Shown in pieces: positions 24,515-31,997 of a DNA stretch of 38,346 nucleotides. Within the stretch, counting starts at the first letter, position 1, and each line of letters opens with the position of its first letter. A program made the position numbers and the translations under genes. The notes beneath the pieces are model-generated. The model saw nothing but the letters and a program-made list of their open reading frames with translations. It was not told the origin of the DNA and did not search any database. This DNA is from a virus. The stretch covers positions 1 to 38,346 of IMG/VR virus record IMGVR_UViG_3300043119_000192; one strand, given 5' to 3'.

Positions 24515-25096
24515 CTAACCAACCGATTTAAACGGCAACACGTTGCTTTGCAGCTTGGCGCGTATCTCGGCAGCTTCCGCCGTGCGGCCCATGCGCTCGT
24601 ACAAAGATGCTGTCTTTTCCATATGATCGCGGCTGGCAACCATGGGCACGTTTGGCCTGTAATCGCCATCAGCGCGGCGGCTGTTGCGCACCCAGTTCTG
24701 CCAAGTCTTGCGCCAATCGAGTTTACAGGCGTCTTTGCCAGCCTTGGATTGCCAGTAGTTGGCGAATATCTCCGCCTCTTCACGGGCTGCGACAGGCTCC
24801 CAACGGCGCGTGTCGCTGGCCCACTCAATCCAATCGTCTGGCGGCGTCCAATCGTGCGGCAGGCGATGCGCGCGGGCAGTGATCTTAGATCGGCCATCAG
24901 GCAATGCGTCATGCGCCGCCAAGGCTTCCACGATGGCCGTTATGTGGCGTTCTTCAAGCTGGGCGAACAAAGCAAACGCTTGCGGGTGAAAGCCCTTTCC
25001 TGCCTCTCGAAGCGCATGGAACACATGAAACACATGCGGCGGGCGAACCTTAGCTTCTGCGGCGATGATTGTCAGGCGCGGATCGGTCGGCGTCAT
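24515..25096 (-). CDS. Hypothetical early protein (193 aa)
   Basis: It contains FANYWQSKAGKDACKLDWRKTWQNWVRN, a motif style seen in phage replication-organiser/DnaT-like proteins. This is weak recognition only. Confidence 0.5.
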   Translation of the reverse strand: MTPTDPRLTIIAAEAKVRPPHVFHVFHALREAGKGFHPQAFALFAQLEERHITAIVEALAAHDALPDGRSKITARAHRLPHDWTPPDDWIEWASDTRRWEPVAAREEAEIFANYWQSKAGKDACKLDWRKTWQNWVRNSRRADGDYRPNVPMVASRDHMEKTASLYERMGRTAEAAEIRAKLQSNVLPFKSVG

Positions 25097-25320
25097 GCTT
25101 TCCCCCTGATAGCAACGTGGTCGAGGATAATGCGCTTAACCTCGCTCGCTGTCATCCGCTTATCGCGTATCCACTTGTGGTAATCATCCCGCCACTCATC
25201 GGGAAGCCAATCAAGCCCCCGATCGCGCGTGGATGATAGCACGCTCATCCGGCAGGGATGGCAGCGCCCGGACTGGTTGCGAGGGTTAAGCGCCTTGGCG
25301 CAATCCTGACAGTTAGCCAT
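25093..25320 (-). CDS. Small zinc-ribbon-like protein (75 aa)
   Basis: MANCQDCAKALNPRNQSGRCHPC has two CxxC pairs. ATG at 25320. Confidence 0.5.
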   Translation of the reverse strand: MANCQDCAKALNPRNQSGRCHPCRMSVLSSTRDRGLDWLPDEWRDDYHKWIRDKRMTASEVKRIILDHVAIRGKA

Positions 25321-25465
25321 GATACGCCTCCATCCAATCAGCAAACTTCACATGCTTGTTTGCGCGCGGGCGGGTTGCCCAGCGGTCATATGCAACCTCG
25401 TGCAAAGTGCGATGCGGGTAGGGAAACTTGCCCTTGGCCGCGCTAGGTGCTAGATTTTTCTCCAT
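25313..25465 (-). CDS. Small hypothetical protein (50 aa)
   Basis: MEKNLAPSAAKGKFPYPHR... with GGAGAA 8 nt upstream of the ATG at 25465. Confidence 0.45.
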   Translation of the reverse strand: MEKNLAPSAAKGKFPYPHRTLHEVAYDRWATRPRANKHVKFADWMEAYHG

Positions 25466-25619
25466 TGATCGGTTCTCCAGACACGATTGATAGGGCGGGC
25501 GGGTTAATCCTTCCCGCCCAAAGCTGCCTCTACATTGCGCCAGTAGCGCGCTTGACGTTCCGGCGACCATTGCGCCAGCCGACGCACCCGGCTTTCAGGA
25601 TCGGGCCGCATGATACGCT

Positions 25620-26000
25620 CTAGGCGCTTGCGGGCAAAATAGCGTTTAAGCATATCACCACCTCCACACGTCCGGGTCTTTCCGGTTCCATGAACTGATA
25701 CGTTGGCAGAAAACGCCGGTCATCTATCCCTAGCGCTTCGGCTATCCCATCCCTTGCAGCCTTTAACGAGGCAACCATGTTGTCATCGTCCCGCAAACGG
25801 GCATCAGGGGGGTAGAACCGCACCACGATAGGGATGCGCCCATCGCCTGCTGCAATGGCCTTCTTGGCCTTTAAAGAGAGCGCCACGGTCGTTAGCGTGT
25901 GAGCATCTGCCCGAGCTTGTTTCTTGACCTTGGCCAGCACTGCCCAGTGTGTCCGGGCATTGGGGTTTAGGCGCTTATCAGGCCATGGTAGGATGATCAC
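25620..26000 (-). CDS. rusA: RusA-family Holliday junction resolvase
   Basis: ILPWPDKRLNPNARTHW...RLRDDDNMVASLKAARDGIAEALGIDDRRF matches the RusA signature. The GTG at 26000 overlaps the stop of the upstream small ORF (GTGA). Confidence 0.85.
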   Translation of the reverse strand: MIILPWPDKRLNPNARTHWAVLAKVKKQARADAHTLTTVALSLKAKKAIAAGDGRIPIVVRFYPPDARLRDDDNMVASLKAARDGIAEALGIDDRRFLPTYQFMEPERPGRVEVVICLNAILPASA

Positions 26001-26146
26001 TTGCGCACCGAATGCTTGCAGCCAATGTCGCCACGAATGCCGCACTTGGGGCAGGGATCGCGGCTCACATGCACAAGGCTGTCATGGTCGATAACGGGCT
26101 TGCGGACCATGTTACCCCATGGAAGGGATGCTTTTTCGCTGCTCAT
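25997..26146 (-). CDS. Small Cys/His-containing protein (49 aa, below the ORF-track cutoff)
   Basis: MSSEKASLPWGNMVRKPVIDHDSLVHVSRDPCPKCGIRGDIGCKHSVRK. ATGA overlap upstream and GTGA overlap downstream. Confidence 0.5.
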   Translation of the reverse strand: MSSEKASLPWGNMVRKPVIDHDSLVHVSRDPCPKCGIRGDIGCKHSVRK

Positions 26147-26421
26147 GATGGCACCTTGCAAAACTTGCTGGCACAAGCCCGGTCAACACGGCGGTCGCAT
26201 TGCTCGCACCAGATACCGGCCTTAACCTGCACGATAGGTTGATCCATGACGATTTTTCGCGGGTTCGATCCGCCACTACGGATGATCTTCGTCGGAACCA
26301 CGCGGGCGATTAGTTCCCTCACCAGCGCAGCGGCTTGCGGCCTGAGGTCATTGTCGAGGCTCTCCGCCAAAACGTAGGCGTTCGCCACCAGATCGCGCAA
26401 CGGTTCTTCTCGGGGCATCAT
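26143..26421 (-). CDS. Hypothetical protein (92 aa)
   Basis: ATG start overlapping the upstream stop, with C-terminal CxxC...C residues. Confidence 0.5.
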   Translation of the reverse strand: MMPREEPLRDLVANAYVLAESLDNDLRPQAAALVRELIARVVPTKIIRSGGSNPRKIVMDQPIVQVKAGIWCEQCDRRVDRACASKFCKVPS

Positions 26422-27074
26422 GCGTTCAACTCCGACCAGCGCTTAACGATCTCGCGCATCCATGGCGTTGCGTCCTTTTCAAACTTGCGTAAGCCATTGA
26501 TGACGGTGCTGTGATCCCTGCCACCGATCCACCGGCCCACTTGCGCAAGGCTGTTTGTTCCGCGCGAGGAAAGAACCTTGTAGGCCACGAGCCGCGCCTG
26601 CATGATAGGCTTCGACCGCTTGAGGCCGATCACATCCGCTAGCGATACGTCCATGTCGGCAGCAATGGCCGCGACAATCTCGCGATGGCCAGAGGGGATG
26701 TAATCAGGCGATGGCGGAACGTACTGACGAACGGGCTTCGGATCTTCCGGCACGGGCTTTGACACAATCCCCCGCGCCTCGTTCAGCTTTTCAAGCAGCT
26801 TTGCATCAGCCCTAACCGTAGCCTTGAACGTCTCAAAGTCGGTTTGCCGGATGTATTTGTCCGTCACATGCGCCGTCATCTTGGCTTCAAACGGTTCCGG
26901 CTTCGGCTTGCGCAGCTTGGCGATGTCGTCCCGCGTAAGCCCATGCTGGCCGTACTCGCGGTTAAGCTGAGCCATGATAAAGCCCAGATCGGAATGACGC
27001 TGCACCAGCTTTTCGGCATAGGTCTGCGGCATCCCAAGGGGATGGTTTTTAAAGTTCATCGCTGTTGCCCTCAT
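26418..27074 (-). CDS. DnaA domain IV-like HTH protein (putative replication initiation/regulation)
   Basis: The C-terminus SKPIMQARLVAYKVLSSRGTNSLAQVGRWIGGRDHSTVINGLRKFE parallels the DnaA C-terminal DNA-binding domain (…fGgRDHTTV…). Confidence 0.7.
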   Translation of the reverse strand: MRATAMNFKNHPLGMPQTYAEKLVQRHSDLGFIMAQLNREYGQHGLTRDDIAKLRKPKPEPFEAKMTAHVTDKYIRQTDFETFKATVRADAKLLEKLNEARGIVSKPVPEDPKPVRQYVPPSPDYIPSGHREIVAAIAADMDVSLADVIGLKRSKPIMQARLVAYKVLSSRGTNSLAQVGRWIGGRDHSTVINGLRKFEKDATPWMREIVKRWSELNA

Positions 27075-28294
27075 GCTGCCAAATCCTTTCCAAGTTCGGC
27101 TTTTTTGGCTTTCTTGATGTCAAGCCAGCGTCCATAAGCTTCGGACTTTGGCTGCGTTAAACCAAGCCCCTTGCACCACCAGTCATTGCGCAAAAGAACC
27201 TTGCACAAGCGGCGATATGACGGTGCCCAATGCTGATCTTCCAGAAGCTTAGGGGCTTCATCGGGAATGACGGTATAACCCCTTCCGTACCAGCCTTTAA
27301 GCCAGCTACGGAAACGAGCTATGTAATGATCGCGCGTCGGCTTTGGCAGCGACATAAGCAAGAGGTTGCAAAATGATTTCCATGTATGCCCATCAGGCCG
27401 GGCAATTTTGTTATACCCCATGATGTTGCCCATTTCCTGCACATAAATAGCACCGGAGTTTGCGCCGTTGACGCGGGCAATCAGCTTAAACCACGTTTCA
27501 GGCTCAAGCACATGGTAAAGCCAAAGCCCCTTGCGCTGATCGTCACCATAAGGCTGGCAAAGGCGCTGCTGACTAAGCGGCACACCGGCTTGCTGCATTA
27601 GGTCATAAACGTGATTGTGCGGCTTATCAGGAAACTTGGCATGGTAGCGCCAAATGTCCTGCGTCCGCCAATCGTATATTGGGTAGACGTTGTACGTCTC
27701 GCCGATCACGTAAGTTGTGTACCGCTTGCCGCCGTGTATCCGCTTGTCAAAGACGGCGATAGTGCGGAAGCGGTTTAGGCTTTCATCGGCGCGGATGCCG
27801 ACAAAGCCTGCGCACGGCTTACCTTCGCCGTACCATTCGCCAAACAACACGACAAATTCTTCAAATTCCATGCCAGGCTGAAAGAAGGGGTAAAACAGCG
27901 GCGACGTGATGGCCTCTTTGGCAGGCTGGCGCACCCAAATGTCTTGTTTGTCCGGGTCCCAGCATAACCAGCGCGGCTCGTAGTTTGTGACGGCATTGCG
28001 CAGCGACATAGGCAGGCAAACCCAATGCAGGTCTATGTGCGGACGATATAAATCGACCATTTCCTGCAAGTGGGCTTCGGTAGCCTTGTATTGAGCCTCA
28101 AGGTCGATAATCAGCACGCCAACCTTGCGCCCGCGCTTTATGGCTTCATCCATGACAAGGTGAAGCATAACGCTACTGTCCTTGCCGCCTGAGAAGCTGA
28201 CGTAGAGCTTTTCGAAATTGTCAAAGCTGTAGGAAATGCGCTCGCGCGCGGCGTCTAGGACATTCTGGTCCCGATAATGCTTTCTGTCGGTCAT
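27071..28294 (-). CDS. PAPS-reductase-family (PP-loop ATPase) protein, IbrA-like
   Basis: The PP-loop SFSGGKDSSV lies near the N-terminus, with a long C-terminal extension as in IbrA/DUF3440-type proteins. ATG at 28294 overlaps the upstream TAA. Confidence 0.8.
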   Translation of the reverse strand: MTDRKHYRDQNVLDAARERISYSFDNFEKLYVSFSGGKDSSVMLHLVMDEAIKRGRKVGVLIIDLEAQYKATEAHLQEMVDLYRPHIDLHWVCLPMSLRNAVTNYEPRWLCWDPDKQDIWVRQPAKEAITSPLFYPFFQPGMEFEEFVVLFGEWYGEGKPCAGFVGIRADESLNRFRTIAVFDKRIHGGKRYTTYVIGETYNVYPIYDWRTQDIWRYHAKFPDKPHNHVYDLMQQAGVPLSQQRLCQPYGDDQRKGLWLYHVLEPETWFKLIARVNGANSGAIYVQEMGNIMGYNKIARPDGHTWKSFCNLLLMSLPKPTRDHYIARFRSWLKGWYGRGYTVIPDEAPKLLEDQHWAPSYRRLCKVLLRNDWWCKGLGLTQPKSEAYGRWLDIKKAKKAELGKDLAA

Positions 28295-28719
28295 TAGTAA
28301 AGGTCCGCCTGCGTACGGCCTAAGGCATCTTCCATAGAGATAGCTTCGTGGCCTTTGTTTCCCATCCACGCATTAATTGCATCGAGCGCAATCCAATCAG
28401 CGCGCTTTTGCTCAAGTTCTGTCAGCAAGAAGGATCCTCCGCAGAAAAACTTGGATACGCCAGTTTCAATGCACATTGAAGCTTGCCCCATCCATGCGAT
28501 GCGGTTCATTCGCTCGTTGGTTAGGTAGTGCTCCGAACTCATGCGCCATTCGGTAATGACGCGTTCGGCTGCACTTCTAAAACGTATATCATTGCGCAAA
28601 AAATCGGCATACATGCGCTTGCAGTCCTCAATAGACCAATCCTTGCGCGGCGGTTTGGGGTTGTAGAACCCGGCTGGGTAGCATTCCCACTTTTCCCATG
28701 TGTAATAAACGCGCTGCAT
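28294..28719 (-). CDS. Hypothetical protein (141 aa) inserted between the ParB-like and PAPS-reductase-like genes
   Basis: I recognised no motif. It is translationally coupled on both sides (TGATG and TAATG). Confidence 0.55.
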   Translation of the reverse strand: MQRVYYTWEKWECYPAGFYNPKPPRKDWSIEDCKRMYADFLRNDIRFRSAAERVITEWRMSSEHYLTNERMNRIAWMGQASMCIETGVSKFFCGGSFLLTELEQKRADWIALDAINAWMGNKGHEAISMEDALGRTQADLY

Positions 28720-29378
28720 CACACTTCCTCAACCACAAGATCAAAGTCGTCTACATCCCATGATTGGGAAAAATCGTCGTCTGCAAAAAGTTCTGCAAGC
28801 CCGCTAATCTGGCAAAGGCGCAGCACCTCATCCGGCTCCATGCCAAGATTGGTGGCAATCTTTTCGTCTGACCAATTCCGCTTCTTAAGCTCAATTACAA
28901 TGTCAGACATTGCCTCAACCTTGTGCTTGCCACGTGCGCGGTTGTGCCGGATCGTGGAAGCCATACGGTCTGTCTTATCCGATTGGCTTTCGCGGATTTG
29001 AACAAGCGGAAGGTAGCCGTGCACCCGGCTTTGAATGTCTGCGCATTCCTTGCCGACGCGATGCCGGTGAAAGCCGTCGATAACCTCAAAGGTATCATCA
29101 GGATCGGCCATCGAAACGATAGGCTGCGTGTAGCCATCGGCGTCAATAGACAAGCGCAGCAATTCCATTTCTGGCGGCGCAACGCTGTTAGGGTTATAGT
29201 CGTTTGAGTGAACAAGCGTGTTTGGAACCCAACGCACAAAATCGACCGGCTCACTGCGGAATGGGCTAACTTCGTGGATAGCCTCTCGCAACTGATTGAT
29301 GGCTTCAACGCGAGCCGCTAGTGGCATATCCGCAAGCGCAGCGATATATGCCCAAACATCGTTTGGTGTTTCGTTCAT
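28719..29378 (-). CDS. ParB-like nuclease domain protein, IbrB-like
   Basis: The EVIDGFHRH motif (ParB N-terminal DGxHR box) is followed by RHNRARG. AGGAGAA SD. Confidence 0.8.
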   Translation of the reverse strand: MNETPNDVWAYIAALADMPLAARVEAINQLREAIHEVSPFRSEPVDFVRWVPNTLVHSNDYNPNSVAPPEMELLRLSIDADGYTQPIVSMADPDDTFEVIDGFHRHRVGKECADIQSRVHGYLPLVQIRESQSDKTDRMASTIRHNRARGKHKVEAMSDIVIELKKRNWSDEKIATNLGMEPDEVLRLCQISGLAELFADDDFSQSWDVDDFDLVVEEV

Positions 29379-29404
29379 TCCAATTCTCCTATTGGAAGCT
29401 AGAG

Positions 29405-29563
29405 TTATTCCGAAAAATCCGGAGCGACCATATCAGCCGCCCCGGCAGGTTCCGCGCGAAGGGGAGTGGGTGTAGGCGCGCGGGTATCTTCTAGAACACG
29501 GATGGAGTGCGGGAAGCGGAGAGCTTCCAGCCACGCGCCGGGTTCTGATTGGTCGTCAATCAT
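29405..29563 (-). CDS. Small acidic hypothetical protein (52 aa, below the ORF-track cutoff)
   Basis: The ATG immediately follows the MTase TAG stop. MIDDQSEPGAWLEALRFPHSIRVLEDTRAP... Confidence 0.3.
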   Translation of the reverse strand: MIDDQSEPGAWLEALRFPHSIRVLEDTRAPTPTPLRAEPAGAADMVAPDFSE

Positions 29564-30319
29564 CTAAGCCGTCCCTTGTTCGTGGAATGCGGACAAGATG
29601 GCATTGCCGATCAGTTCAGGGATGGCAGGGTCTACCGTGTTTCCGCACAATCCAACTCTGTCCATCCTGTTGGGAACCCTGCAAGCCATTCCGCGAAGCA
29701 AGGGTTTAGGGTGACAATCTCCGTCATTGAACGGGTCTGCGGCGATGTCGAGCAAATGCGCCTGGCCACTCTCCCGCCTTTGTCGAGCCTCGCCAATATC
29801 TTTGCTTGTGAGCAATCGCGCGGCTCGCTTTTCGGAAGGGTTAGCAACAATCCAGATGCGGTCTCGTTCTTGGCTGGCACCAACGCTTGACGCCGGAATG
29901 CAATGCCACTGCGTGTCATACCCGAGCGAGGAAAGCGCCCCGAGAACCGCGCCCATCCCTCGATTAAGCAACTCTGCCACGTTCTCCAGCACAATGTATG
30001 GGCGTCCCACCATGCAAACGGTTCGTAAAATATGCCAGAACAATCCGCTTCGCTCCCCGGCAAGTCCGGCGGCGTTTTGATTTGCGATGGAAATGTCTTG
30101 GCATGGGAAACCTGCCGTAACCACTTCCACGGGTCCGATAAGTTTAAGCGTGGTAACGTCGTCATAACACGGCACTCCCGGCCAATGCTTGGCCAAAACC
30201 TTTTGAGCGTATGGCTCTATTTCACAAAAGGCGCTTGTCTCAAAACCACCTGTGCGCTCAAGGCCAAGGCTAAAACCACCTTGCCCGCTAAACAGATCAA
30301 GGACGCGCAGCTTGCTCAC
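29564..30319 (-). CDS. DNA (cytosine-5)-methyltransferase, compact (251 aa)
   Basis: Motif I DLFSGQGG, IV GFPCQDIS, VI ENV, VIII QERDR and X GNTV. The GTG start overlaps the upstream TGA. Confidence 0.9.
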   Translation of the reverse strand: MSKLRVLDLFSGQGGFSLGLERTGGFETSAFCEIEPYAQKVLAKHWPGVPCYDDVTTLKLIGPVEVVTAGFPCQDISIANQNAAGLAGERSGLFWHILRTVCMVGRPYIVLENVAELLNRGMGAVLGALSSLGYDTQWHCIPASSVGASQERDRIWIVANPSEKRAARLLTSKDIGEARQRRESGQAHLLDIAADPFNDGDCHPKPLLRGMACRVPNRMDRVGLCGNTVDPAIPELIGNAILSAFHEQGTA

Positions 30320-30417
30320 TTGCCAGCCCGATTAATGCAGCGCCCGATCCACATTGCCAGCGGGATCGTAACGGCGAAGTAAGCGAGCGTTGCGCCGATC
30401 ATGATAAGGGCGGTCAT
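30316..30417 (-). CDS. Small hydrophobic peptide (33 aa, below the ORF-track cutoff)
   Basis: MTALIMIGATLAYFAVTIPLAMWIGRCINRAGK is a single TM-like helix. ATGA overlap upstream and GTGA overlap downstream. Confidence 0.35.
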   Translation of the reverse strand: MTALIMIGATLAYFAVTIPLAMWIGRCINRAGK

Positions 30418-30596
30418 ACAGCCTCCACTGCATCAGCGAGCTTGGCCAGCGTTAGCGGGCGCAGCGCGTGTTCTTCATTGCGCCAGCGGTAGAACGCCGA
30501 TGGCGAGACGCCAGCGTTGCGAATGAATGTGGAAAGAGGCAACCGCGCTTTAACCGCCGCCGCCTCTACCTGCTGTGGTGTGAGTGTGTTTTCCAT
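30414..30596 (-). CDS. Small HTH regulator (60 aa), first gene of the leftward early operon
   Basis: LPLSTFIRNAGVSPSAFYRWRN is an HTH. The predicted -10 ends 7 nt before this ATG, so the mRNA may be leaderless. The rest of the 252-aa track ORF is rejected. Confidence 0.6.
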   Translation of the reverse strand: MENTLTPQQVEAAAVKARLPLSTFIRNAGVSPSAFYRWRNEEHALRPLTLAKLADAVEAV

Positions 30597-30603
30597 GCCC
30601 CAT

Positions 30604-30674
30604 TGCATACCGTCGCAGTTTTTTTGCGTCAATGCATTTTTTCGCTTGGCATTGCACATTGTCGCGCTTAGAAG
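30604..30674. promoter_or_regulatory. Back-to-back divergent early promoters with CA(A/T)TGCA operator-like motifs
   Basis: Leftward: TTGACG (30632-30627), N17, TATGCA (30609-30604). Rightward: TTGGCA (30646-30651), N17, TAGAAG (30669-30674). CATTGCA/CAATGCA occurs at 30601, 30630 and 30650. Confidence 0.45.
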
Positions 30675-30701
30675 GGTGGCAACACAACAGGAGATGCCGA
30701 C

Positions 30702-31067
30702 ATGACTACCCCCGACCCATTCACCCAGACGTTTACCACCGAGATGGACTTCTGCCACCCGCGCATCGAGCGCACGATTGCTGATGTAATTGTCCACTAC
30801 ACGTTCGACGGTATCGAGTTTGACACCCAGACCGACTTCGACGCGGATTGGATGAACGAAGGCGCTCACAACGCGATTGCCGACGATCAGTGCGAGGCGA
30901 CCCCGGACCTGTTCCGCGATTGGGCAGACCGCATTGAGGCCGAACACGCACCAGAAGCCCTGCGCCGCCTGCTGGCATGGGCATCTGCTTACGATGGCGA
31001 TGAACTGGTTGCCGAAGCCGTGCAGTACCTCCGCGACGGCATTGCAAGCATGGAGATTGCAGCATGA
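30702..31067 (+). CDS. Highly acidic early protein (121 aa)
   Basis: First gene of the rightward operon, with an AGGAG SD. By hand count it has about 27 Asp/Glu versus about 7 Arg and no Lys. Confidence 0.6.
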   Translation: MTTPDPFTQTFTTEMDFCHPRIERTIADVIVHYTFDGIEFDTQTDFDADWMNEGAHNAIADDQCEATPDLFRDWADRIEAEHAPEALRRLLAWASAYDGDELVAEAVQYLRDGIASMEIAA

Positions 31068-31351
31068 GCGACCATTACGATAGCATGATTGCCTCTCTGC
31101 GCGAGAGCATGGCAGACGCTCAAAAAATGGCGGATGCTGGCGACATTTTCTCAATGGCGCAAGTTGACGCAATCAAGGATGGCATTGTGGACCTTGAACG
31201 GGAGGCCGCAATCTGGCGGGCTAAGACCCCTGAACAACGCGCCGCTGATGACGCCGCGCGCGAAGCTAGGTTGGAGGCTTTTGAAGCCGCTTGTGTCGCC
31301 AAGGAAAGCGAACCAGACGACGACGATGATACAGAGGAGTACGACGCATGA
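31064..31351 (+). CDS. Acidic early protein (95 aa)
   Basis: ATGA-coupled, with a C-terminal EPDDDDDTEEYDA tail. Confidence 0.55.
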   Translation: MSDHYDSMIASLRESMADAQKMADAGDIFSMAQVDAIKDGIVDLEREAAIWRAKTPEQRAADDAAREARLEAFEAACVAKESEPDDDDDTEEYDA

Positions 31352-31596
31352 GCCGCACCGCAACAGCCGCGCGCATGGCCGAACATGCCGCCGCCGACCA
31401 GGACCGCGCCGCGATCATCGGAAAGGCCCGCTCGCATGTTGCATGGGCGCTGGCTGCAGCCGTTTCGGGCGATCTGGACGACATCATCAAGTACCTTGAG
31501 CGCGCTGCCGATGCGCTGGGCGTGACAGAGCCTTCGCCGCTGTACGTGCCGGTCGGTCCCAGCTTCGCCCGCCAGCACAGCGAGGAGGCGTTCTGA
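31348..31596 (+). CDS. Hypothetical protein (82 aa)
   Basis: ATGA-coupled and Ala-rich helical. Confidence 0.5.
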   Translation: MSRTATAARMAEHAAADQDRAAIIGKARSHVAWALAAAVSGDLDDIIKYLERAADALGVTEPSPLYVPVGPSFARQHSEEAF

Positions 31597-31892
31597 TGAC
31601 CACGCAGCACACACCGGGGCCTTGGAAGCCTGTTGAGTTTGGCGGCGTCCAAATTGGGGGCGGCAAGAACTTTGAGGAAGCCGTCTGCACCATGTGGGAC
31701 AGCCGCAGCAAGCGGGGTATTGCCAATTCCCGCCTGATTGCCGCCAGCCCTGAATTGCTGGACGCGTTGGTAGGCGCAATGGACATTCTTGGCCGCGCGG
31801 AAAGCAACGCTAGCGGCAATCCTGAATGGGATTGCGTCGGCCCGCGCGTTGCCGCCGCCCGCGCCGCCATCGCCAAGGCAACCGGCCAGTGA
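31596..31892 (+). CDS. Hypothetical protein with an HTPGPW ... NSRLIAASPELLDAL motif (98 aa)
   Basis: This motif pair recurs in small phage proteins of unknown function. TGATG coupling. Confidence 0.55.
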   Translation: MTTQHTPGPWKPVEFGGVQIGGGKNFEEAVCTMWDSRSKRGIANSRLIAASPELLDALVGAMDILGRAESNASGNPEWDCVGPRVAAARAAIAKATGQ

Positions 31893-31996
31893 TGCCCCGC
31901 ACCACCCTCCGCGACCTTGCAGCCGATTGGCGCACTGGCCTCGTGATCTTCGCAGCCGCCGCGCTCCTGCCCTTCCTTGCCTGTCTGGGAGACTGA
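31892..31996 (+). CDS. Small TM peptide (34 aa, below the ORF-track cutoff)
   Basis: MPRTTLRDLAADWRTGLVIFAAAALLPFLACLGD. It is coupled at both ends. Confidence 0.35.
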   Translation: MPRTTLRDLAADWRTGLVIFAAAALLPFLACLGD

Positions 31997-31997
31997 C

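Noticed and set aside
25497-25519. The GGGCGGG-N9-CCCGCCC hairpin as an intrinsic terminator after rusA
   Set aside because: No U-tract follows it on the transcribed (minus) strand. It may still be a structural or processing element, but I cannot call it a terminator.
24402-25611. The shared 12-mer ATGCGGCCCGAT at two small-ORF starts (24402-24413 and 25600-25611) as a regulatory repeat
   Set aside because: A single 12-nt coincidence is expected by chance many times over in a 38-kb GC-rich genome, and there is no extended similarity around it.
30597-31172. N-terminal 190 aa of the 252-aa minus-strand ORF 30414-31172
   Set aside because: It runs through the divergent promoter region and is antisense to the first rightward gene. 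Only the last 60 codons (the HTH, 30414-30596) look like a real protein.
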